Of a stretch of DNA of 37,483 nt, positions 18,020 to 25,120 are shown piece after piece (within the stretch, counting starts at the first letter, position 1; every line of letters begins with the position of its first letter). This DNA comes from an uncultured Altererythrobacter sp. (lineage in GTDB: Bacteria; Pseudomonadota; Alphaproteobacteria; Sphingomonadales; Sphingomonadaceae): the NCBI GenBank assembly GCA_938009055.1, contig CALLIO010000108.1, positions 1 through 37,483 of the forward strand, given 5' to 3'. Position numbers and translations under genes: made by a program. The notes under the pieces were generated by a model. That model did no database searches. It worked only from the letters and a program-made list of their open reading frames with translations, and was not told where the DNA came from.

Positions 18020-19420
18020 TCACAACAATTCAACATCAAGAAACTCCTGAAAGAGGAATGTAATTGCAGCAGTAAGCGCAATCGCAACGATGATGTCTCT
18101 TATGAGACTGCGTGAACCAATCTGGCGCGCCATCGCGACTATGAAAAACGGCGTCGCAATCGCAAATCCCACCTGATTTGCAGCCACAAGATAACCGACT
18201 AAGAGCGCAATAGAGATTGCAAACGAAGGAATGCTCGGTTCGGGCTCATCCTCTTCAATCGAAGTTTGAACCTCGTTTCCAGCCAAGCTGGCCTCACGCT
18301 TGCGTATCGAATGGAAGCCAAGATACCCCCCAGTCATAGCCAGTAGCGCTGCGATGAGAGTAGGGAAAAAGAACGCTCCGACTATTGGTCCAGCCGTAGA
18401 TCCCGATCCCACACCAAGTGCCTGCAAGATTCTCTCAGTCTGGGTCGTGTTTGAAGTAATGAATTGGCTAAACTCATCACTCGTTTGAAAGCTGTCCTGA
18501 AGACCATTTTTCTTCAGGAAGTCTTGCCAAGTTTTGCTCGCATGCGCCCGCGTGATCAACGCGATAAGTGCTTCACGCTCGCCTTGCGAAATGTTTGGAG
18601 GTGCGACAATTCCACGCCAGTTTGAGAAGTCCAAATTGTATCCCAGATCATGGAAGGTAGGCAGGTTCGGATCGACCCTGCGATCAGGAGCTGAAACGGC
18701 AAGCAACCGTACACGCCCTGTCTCAGCAAGATCACCCCACTCGCTAAAGCCTGAAATTCCGGCATCGACCTGGCCACCCAAGAGCGCGGCAGCTGCTTCT
18801 CCGCCGCCGGTGAAGGCAACGTAATTCGTTATTGCCGGGTCGATACCAAGTTGCTCGGCGAACAGTGCCATGAACACTTGATCCGATCCCCCTGCCGAAC
18901 CTCCGCCCCACGCAAATGTTGCTGGTTTAGCTTTGAAAGCCTCCACTAGATCTTCAAGCGTTTGAAACGGGGAATCGGCTGGGACGCCGATCGCCTGATA
19001 TTCATCGGTCAATCGCACCAAGGGGGTAGTGGAATCGAGCGAATAAGTGCTGCCCAACATAATTATCGAACCGGTCATGCCAAAGCCGGTAATCATGAGT
19101 TCATGCGGGTCACCTTCGCTTCGAGAAGCGAGCTCAGCTAGGCCAATTGTCCCACCTCCGCCTCCTCGATTGACAACTTCAACACTCTCATTCGTTAGAC
19201 CATTTTCGTTGATTGCGAGTTGCAGGAATCGTGCGGTCGTGTCCCAACCACCGCCAGGATTCGAGGGTGCCGTAATTGTGATGGTCTTAGAAGGTTGCCA
19301 GCCCTCTTTATCGCTTGGTGCTTCAGCATGGACCGATGACACGCCAAGCCCAAGTTGCGATGCAAGAAACATCGCCGCAAGTGTTGCCATTCGCAACCAT
19401 CTAAACTTCTTGTCGGCCAT
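18020..19420 (-). CDS. TctC substrate-binding domain fused to a TctB-like small membrane subunit
   Basis: Signal peptide (..VHA-E); APSNPGGGWDTTAR, NRGGGGGTIG, WGGGSAGGSD, NWRGI. Then GAFFFP and further TM helices ending FLFQEFLDVELL, TctB-like. Confidence 0.85.
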   Translation of the reverse strand: MADKKFRWLRMATLAAMFLASQLGLGVSSVHAEAPSDKEGWQPSKTITITAPSNPGGGWDTTARFLQLAINENGLTNESVEVVNRGGGGGTIGLAELASRSEGDPHELMITGFGMTGSIIMLGSTYSLDSTTPLVRLTDEYQAIGVPADSPFQTLEDLVEAFKAKPATFAWGGGSAGGSDQVFMALFAEQLGIDPAITNYVAFTGGGEAAAALLGGQVDAGISGFSEWGDLAETGRVRLLAVSAPDRRVDPNLPTFHDLGYNLDFSNWRGIVAPPNISQGEREALIALITRAHASKTWQDFLKKNGLQDSFQTSDEFSQFITSNTTQTERILQALGVGSGSTAGPIVGAFFFPTLIAALLAMTGGYLGFHSIRKREASLAGNEVQTSIEEDEPEPSIPSFAISIALLVGYLVAANQVGFAIATPFFIVAMARQIGSRSLIRDIIVAIALTAAITFLFQEFLDVELL

Positions 19421-19530
19421 CTTTCCCCCGGGCGCATCACCGTGTGGCGTGCCAAAAAACCATCGTTATCCGATTTGGCATTTCCTCACCTTTTCCCTCG
19501 GATTCGTACGATTTGCCTAGGCTGAAGGAT

Positions 19531-19604
19531 ATCCGTCAAATGGACGAAAAGGGTCTGAAAAAATGAGCGCGAAGAATTCTCGGAATATGCGTCAGAAGAC
19601 GGAT
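19531..19604. promoter_or_regulatory. Putative operators of the TctC-LuxR regulator (copies 2 and 3) in the divergent tctCB/TBDR promoter region
   Basis: ATCCGTCAAATGGACGAA (19531-19548) and ATGCGTCAGAAGACGGAT (19587-19604). Confidence 0.5.
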
Positions 19605-19740
19605 TGAATGAGCTGTAGGATAGTTGCGATGATCCAAGCTCCAAAAAGTCACAAGTCAAGAATGGTGTCTTTCGCGCTTGCGCAGAGCATCTCTTGATGA
19701 CTGACAGGGGGATAAAATGGTATCGAGAGGGAGAATGGCC

Positions 19741-22482
19741 ATGGGGTCAACGCGTTCAAAAGCGAGCTTTATTCATACAGTTTCAGTGATGGCAATTTCG
19801 GCGACTGCGTTTGTAGCTTTGCCTGCAGTCGCACAAGATGATGTGGGCGGTGATGAGTCAGAAACTGATAACGTGATTATCGTTACAGGCTCTAACATTC
19901 GGTCGCGCGACTATGATGCGCCTTCACCGATTCAAACCCTGGACGCTGCGGCACTTGAAAACACCGGTACAGTGCGACTTCAAGACGTGTTTAAGGGCAT
20001 CACGTCAAATTCTGGTTCGCAGACTTCCAACCGGCAGAACGCGCTGCAAGGCGTTTCGCAGTTCTCTTTGCGAGGGCTTGGACTTGGTTCAACCTTGACG
20101 CTGGTAAACGGGCGCCGTGCAGGTCTTTCCCCAGTTTCCGACGATACGGGCCAGCTTTTCACCGACTCGAACCAGTTCCCGGTCAACATGATTGAGAGGA
20201 TCGAGGTTCTTACGGACGGATCCTCTGCAACATATGGTTCCGAAGCGGTAGCGGGCGTGGTCAACATAATCACTCGGAAGAACTTCGAGGGTGTAGAATT
20301 GACTGGAGAGTATCGCGATTCAACTCATGAGAGCTACCAATTGGGTGCTGCCGTTGGCTCAAAATTCGACCGCGGCAGTTTCCAACTGTTCTTGAATTAT
20401 TACAAGCAAAGTGGAAACTTCCGTGGCGATTTTGACTTTATCCGTGAACGCGATGCCATTAACCTAAGCGATCCTGACTTTGATAATGGTGGAATTTTTA
20501 ACTCGGGAACGGGCTCGCCAGGTCGGTTTGATCTCGCGCTCGATAATGGTGATGGGACATTTAGCCGAACCGGCAACACGTTGGCCGATCCCGATTGTGT
20601 TGCTGCAGGCGGGATCTTGCGTGGTGAGGCCTGTCGCTACAACTTTATCGATCAGCGCAGACTGATAGCGGAAGAAGAACGCTTTCAAGCTTTCACCCAG
20701 TTTGAGTATGACGTTAGCGATAAACTCAATTTGTTCGGCGAAGTTAGCTTTTCGCGCAATGAAGTGCGCGATGCTCTGGGCGGCGCGGTCCTGCGTGTTA
20801 CAACTCAAGACGGCGGCTTTCTCGTCCCTGAGGATCATCCGTTCAACTTCTTCACCTCAGACGGTGCAGGTGGCATTACCTATGCAGGCCCTGATGCCTT
20901 TGCGGCGGATCCAACCTTGGCCGCTGTCCCTTTGATTTTTCGAGGTCGCCCGTTGGGCTCAGCATTTGACGGAGAAAACTCAGAGGATATCGTCACTGTC
21001 TTTGACAATCTGCGCTTTGTTGGCGGTTTCGACTACGAAGTAAACGATTCCTGGGTTCTTTCGGGAAGCTATCAATATTCGGACAACTCCTATAGTCGTC
21101 AGCAGCCACGAGACTTTGGAGCGGCTGAATTTCAAGCCGCAATTTTGAGCGGTGCCTGGAATCCTTTCGGTACAGCGGTCGTCTCCCCAAATCTTGTTTC
21201 GCCAATCGATGGTGTGTCGACGGCTGGAAATACGGCTGAGGACCTCAGCCTTTTCTCCTTCACCATCAATGAAGTTGGCGGTGTTACACAACAGGTTGCA
21301 GAGATTATCCTATCCGGAGATACCGGCATTAGCCTTGCTGGCTCGGATACGATCGCGGTTGCACTGGGTGCACAGTACCGCAAACTTGGCTTTGAATTCA
21401 CACCTGATGGCCGGAGGCAATCGGGTAATAATGGTCGCGGCGAAACCGAAGCCGCAATCCCATTGACGACGCAGGATGTTTATGCCTTCTTCGCTGAAGC
21501 TGCTGTTCCGGTCACTGATCGGGTCGAAGCTCAACTGGCCATCCGGTATGAAGATTATGGCGCACAAGGCGGAAGCACCGTCGACCCAAAGATTTCAGCT
21601 CGGTTTGAGGCAACTGATTTTCTGAGTTTCAGAGCATCATATGGTACATCGTTCCAAGCACCATCGATCCGACAAGTATCCGGGGCCGTGGGCAGTGCTG
21701 GTGTTACTGATCCACTAGATCCAGCAGGTGGGAACTTCAACGTGACCGTCTTCACTTCAGGATCACCAGATCTTACCTCATTGTCGGCTGAAAACTTCAA
21801 CCTTGGTGTTGTTGTGAATACTGGCGATTTCCGGCTTTCTGCCGACTATTTCGACTATCAACTTGAGAACCTAATTCTTCCTGGCGGTGACCCGCAGTCG
21901 ATCATCGATGCAGATCCCAACGGACCCGCTGTTCTGCGTGACGCAGTAGGCCAACTCAATGCCGTCTTTACGGGCTTTGAGAACCGCGGAGATGCTTCGG
22001 TTAGTGGATTAGATATCAATGCTGCCTATAGTCCGGACTGGTTCGGCGATGTTGATCTCTCACTGTTTTCTTCAGCAACGATCATCACCAAATTCCGTTC
22101 AACTGAATTTGCAGGCCTTGATGGGAATGGCGATCTAAAGGGGAGTCGCAACTTCGCTAACGCGTTTGGCTCGACACCAGATTTTAAGCTGAACTTGGGC
22201 GCTACAGTTTCTACTGGAGCGCATGCACTCAATGTGACGGCTCGTCATGTTGGATCTTACACTGACGATCAATCTGGCAACCCTATTGATTCTCAAACAA
22301 CGGTCGATCTTCGCTATTCGATTGCTTTGGACATCTTAGGGGGTGAAACCGAACTTAACGTGGGTGCGGTCAACATATTTGACAAAGATCCGCCACAGAT
22401 CGATGCCCGTCCTTTGTTCGATACCGAAGTACACGATCCGCGTGGCCGTCAAATCTACGCTGGTATCAAGCACGCGTTCTAA
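19741..22482 (+). CDS. TonB-dependent outer-membrane receptor
   Basis: Signal peptide (PAVA-Q); TonB box NVIIVTGS; plug LRGLG..STLTLVNGRR and IERIEVLTDGSSATYGSEAVAGVVNII; C-terminal F. Alternative starts at 19717 and 19735. Confidence 0.95.
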   Translation: MGSTRSKASFIHTVSVMAISATAFVALPAVAQDDVGGDESETDNVIIVTGSNIRSRDYDAPSPIQTLDAAALENTGTVRLQDVFKGITSNSGSQTSNRQNALQGVSQFSLRGLGLGSTLTLVNGRRAGLSPVSDDTGQLFTDSNQFPVNMIERIEVLTDGSSATYGSEAVAGVVNIITRKNFEGVELTGEYRDSTHESYQLGAAVGSKFDRGSFQLFLNYYKQSGNFRGDFDFIRERDAINLSDPDFDNGGIFNSGTGSPGRFDLALDNGDGTFSRTGNTLADPDCVAAGGILRGEACRYNFIDQRRLIAEEERFQAFTQFEYDVSDKLNLFGEVSFSRNEVRDALGGAVLRVTTQDGGFLVPEDHPFNFFTSDGAGGITYAGPDAFAADPTLAAVPLIFRGRPLGSAFDGENSEDIVTVFDNLRFVGGFDYEVNDSWVLSGSYQYSDNSYSRQQPRDFGAAEFQAAILSGAWNPFGTAVVSPNLVSPIDGVSTAGNTAEDLSLFSFTINEVGGVTQQVAEIILSGDTGISLAGSDTIAVALGAQYRKLGFEFTPDGRRQSGNNGRGETEAAIPLTTQDVYAFFAEAAVPVTDRVEAQLAIRYEDYGAQGGSTVDPKISARFEATDFLSFRASYGTSFQAPSIRQVSGAVGSAGVTDPLDPAGGNFNVTVFTSGSPDLTSLSAENFNLGVVVNTGDFRLSADYFDYQLENLILPGGDPQSIIDADPNGPAVLRDAVGQLNAVFTGFENRGDASVSGLDINAAYSPDWFGDVDLSLFSSATIITKFRSTEFAGLDGNGDLKGSRNFANAFGSTPDFKLNLGATVSTGAHALNVTARHVGSYTDDQSGNPIDSQTTVDLRYSIALDILGGETELNVGAVNIFDKDPPQIDARPLFDTEVHDPRGRQIYAGIKHAF

Positions 22483-22504
22483 TCTTGCTCTTCGAGAGCA
22501 CTTT

Positions 22505-22544
22505 GAGGGTCCCGCCGCCATTTGGTGTCGGGGCCCTCTTTTTT
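22505..22544 (+). terminator. Rho-independent terminator of the TBDR gene
   Basis: GAGGGTCCCG...CGGGGCCCTC stem followed by TTTTTT. Confidence 0.85.
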
Positions 22545-22734
22545 GAGAACCACCGGGCGGGTGCTGTCAGACCAACTGCACCTTTGGCGGATTGAGGGAA
22601 GCGTCCGCAAATGGCCTGGAAGCGGTACGTCTGCAACCGACCAATCGATCGAGGATTGAAGCACTCGCGCCGAGTTAGGCAACCAGCGTGTTAGAACGAC
22701 CGCCGGGTGAGAGGTCCGGCGGCCGTCCATGGTT

Positions 22735-22769
22735 CCTGAGGTCTTTGATTGGGGCTCAATAACCTCAGG
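22735..22769 (-). terminator. Hairpin just downstream of the desaturase gene
   Basis: CCTGAGGT...ACCTCAGG 8-bp stem plus inner TTGA/TCAA, about 20 nt after the stop; no clear U-tract. Confidence 0.4.
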
Positions 22770-22789
22770 GAGGGGGAAAAGAGCAGGCG

Positions 22790-23683
22790 CTAAACCACCA
22801 TCGCGCCGACACCGCCCGTGAGTGTCATAGCGGTTGCGAACACAGCCATCACAGTGACGGCAGCTTTTTCAGCAAAGCGCGGTGACAGGGTGATTGGCTG
22901 TGCAACCTCGCGGAAGCGCTTTTTGTACTCGGGGTGCTCGGTGCCCATCATCCGGTCCCAAAAGGTGAAGTAAAAACCAAAGTTATAATTACCCGATGAG
23001 TGGTGCAGATCGTGGTGAGTCGTCGTGCTGATCCAATCGAGCCATGGCGTATCGACCCAACCGGCAGGGTGCAGTTCGACGCCCATATGACCCATCACGT
23101 TGCGGATGATCATGATCCACAAGAAGATGAAGATCGCAAATCCGGCATAAGCAACACCGAAGAAGCTTGTTGCAAGCAGGAAGATCGGAACGAACGCTGC
23201 CTCTGTAATCGCTTCCCAGATAGAGAAGCTGTAAGCCGTCCAGGCCGTTGGCGTTCGCGATTTGTGGTGATGCAAATGGGTCGCGCGGAACAACGCCTTG
23301 TGATGCAGGGCGCGGTGCATCCAATAGAAATAGGCATCATGTGCGATGACCATCACGGCCACCTGCGCGACCAGCAGACCCAAGCTCCATTCTTGAAGCT
23401 CCAGCTTGATCACGCCTGCCTCTGTCAGAAGGATGGTGCTGATCGTGGTGAGGCCAAAGAAGAATGTCGTACGAACGCTGGATGCGAACTCGCGGATGTA
23501 ATCCTGCTTGGTTGCTTTGCGCTTTTGCACTTTGCGTTTGGCTGCGAAGTTTCTGAAGATCACAATCAGCGCGAAAAAGAATCCGGCAGCGATCAGATAG
23601 CGTCCAAAGTCGAAATAGAATGCGTTGAACATATGCTCGCCGATCTTGTCGATCAGGCCTGGCTCGGGAGTAAAGGTCTGCAT
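22790..23683 (-). CDS. Sterol desaturase / fatty acid hydroxylase superfamily protein
   Basis: His boxes HDAYFYWMHRALH, HLHHH, HHDLHH; NFGFYFTFWDRMMGT; AAAGGAG RBS. Confidence 0.9.
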   Translation of the reverse strand: MQTFTPEPGLIDKIGEHMFNAFYFDFGRYLIAAGFFFALIVIFRNFAAKRKVQKRKATKQDYIREFASSVRTTFFFGLTTISTILLTEAGVIKLELQEWSLGLLVAQVAVMVIAHDAYFYWMHRALHHKALFRATHLHHHKSRTPTAWTAYSFSIWEAITEAAFVPIFLLATSFFGVAYAGFAIFIFLWIMIIRNVMGHMGVELHPAGWVDTPWLDWISTTTHHDLHHSSGNYNFGFYFTFWDRMMGTEHPEYKKRFREVAQPITLSPRFAEKAAVTVMAVFATAMTLTGGVGAMVV

Positions 23684-23806
23684 GGGGTAAGCTCCTTTCG
23701 TGAGGTGGCCCGTGCCGCCTCGTTGGAGCTGTTTTCGCTGAAGCCTTTAGAAAAATCTTCGCGCTTTCAAAAAATGCCGATCAATTTCGGAATCGACTAG
23801 CCTTTT

Positions 23807-24865
23807 TTACTTTTGACTGATCGATTTTCTGCGGAAATCTGTTGGTGTTTCAGAGGTTTCGCTGCGAAACGCACGATTGAAGGTAGGAAGCGAATTATAA
23901 CCTAAATCCATCGCAATGGTCAGTACAGGCAAGTCAACCCGCTCTCGATCCGCCAAAATTTGCTGCGCTTCGGCTATCCTGTGACGGTTGAGAAAGCTTG
24001 AGAAATTGCGATGACCAAGCCGTTGGTTGATCAGCGCCCGCAGCCGGTGCTCCGGCGTCCCCAAATGGTCAGCCAGCAATGCAATGGTAAGTCCGGCTGT
24101 CCGGTAGAAACCGGTGTCCATCGCTTCAGTGAGCTTCTCAGAAAGCACCTTCTCTTGTGGAGAGAAACCATTGTCTTGCGGCTGCGGCGAAGGAGCAGCA
24201 ATCGGTTCGACTTCAGCGAGAAGCTCAGGGTCGGGCTTCACCAGAGCCAGCCCTGCACCCAATGTCAGGAGCAGTATCAGGAATGCATTGATCGTTTGCA
24301 GTGGAGCGAAATTAGTCGAGCTGGTGTTCACCACATCCATCCCGACTATCAGCTCGACAAGCAAAATGCCCCCCGTTTGCAAACCAATAACAATGGGCAG
24401 CCAAAGACGGATCGCGCGGCGCTTCTCAAGCAAATCGTCGCTTCGATCGGACAAGGCCACCCGGATCAGATCAGCCACCAATGCGAGTCCGACGATATGG
24501 TTGATTACAAAGCCAGGCGCCTTGATCACATCCGTGAAGTTCGCGGTGAACCAGATCGCGACATAGACGAAGAGCAGGCTCACAACCATCCATCCGGGCG
24601 GCTCACGTTCGAAAAGCCGGCGGGCAAACAGCCATAACCACAGTGGTGTGACGATCGAGGCTATGTCGATCAGGGCCATATAGTCGATCAGCGCCCGCGC
24701 GGTACTTGAAGAGTTGATGAGGTAGGCGATGGCACCAAGCAACAGCCCAGCCAATGGCAATTTCATCCCCGCGCGCACCCCTGCGCTGAGCAGCAGGATT
24801 AGCAGCATCAGCAAGCTCGCCCCTGCTGCGATCAGTCGCACAACTGTGTCAAACGCTTCGATCAT
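23807..24865 (-). CDS. Membrane-anchored AraC-family transcriptional regulator
   Basis: Several N-terminal TM helices; C-terminal LTIALLADHLGTPEHRLRALIN...IAMDLGYNSLPTFNRAFRSETSETPTDFR. ATG 24865 chosen as start. Confidence 0.9.
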   Translation of the reverse strand: MIEAFDTVVRLIAAGASLLMLLILLLSAGVRAGMKLPLAGLLLGAIAYLINSSSTARALIDYMALIDIASIVTPLWLWLFARRLFEREPPGWMVVSLLFVYVAIWFTANFTDVIKAPGFVINHIVGLALVADLIRVALSDRSDDLLEKRRAIRLWLPIVIGLQTGGILLVELIVGMDVVNTSSTNFAPLQTINAFLILLLTLGAGLALVKPDPELLAEVEPIAAPSPQPQDNGFSPQEKVLSEKLTEAMDTGFYRTAGLTIALLADHLGTPEHRLRALINQRLGHRNFSSFLNRHRIAEAQQILADRERVDLPVLTIAMDLGYNSLPTFNRAFRSETSETPTDFRRKSISQK

Positions 24866-25072
24866 TGAAAACGAAGGGTAGACCAAGCGGGCGCTCGATC
24901 AAAGCCAATCGGTTGAAAAGCGACAAAGCACTCCCATGGTATTCGAATATGTCCCCGGGTCTTGCGCGCCAAAGATTGGTTCGCCTGTTTGGGCCGAACG
25001 CGGATTGTATGCATCTGGCAAGGCGTGGCTGCCGGTTTGCCAACCACCCAAATGCTGACGTCAAGAAATCGC

Positions 25073-25107
25073 AAACAAGGGGGCGCTCCGGCTAAGACGC
25101 GCCCCTT
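25073..25107 (-). terminator. Rho-independent terminator of the adhesin gene
   Basis: Minus strand AAGGGGCGC...GCGCCCCCTTGTTT, 14 nt after the stop. Confidence 0.7.
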
Positions 25108-25120
25108 CGTTCGTTTCGGA

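Noticed and set aside
22560-22730. Possible small RNA or REP/MITE-like element; loose resemblance of GCAACCGACCAA (about 22633) to CCAACCACCCAA (about 25040)
   Set aside because: The similarity is too short and degenerate to support by eye; it would need a genome-wide repeat search or Rfam scan.
23000-24637. 266-aa and 208-aa plus-strand ORFs
   Set aside because: They lie antisense to the well-supported desaturase and AraC genes and contain no recognisable motifs.
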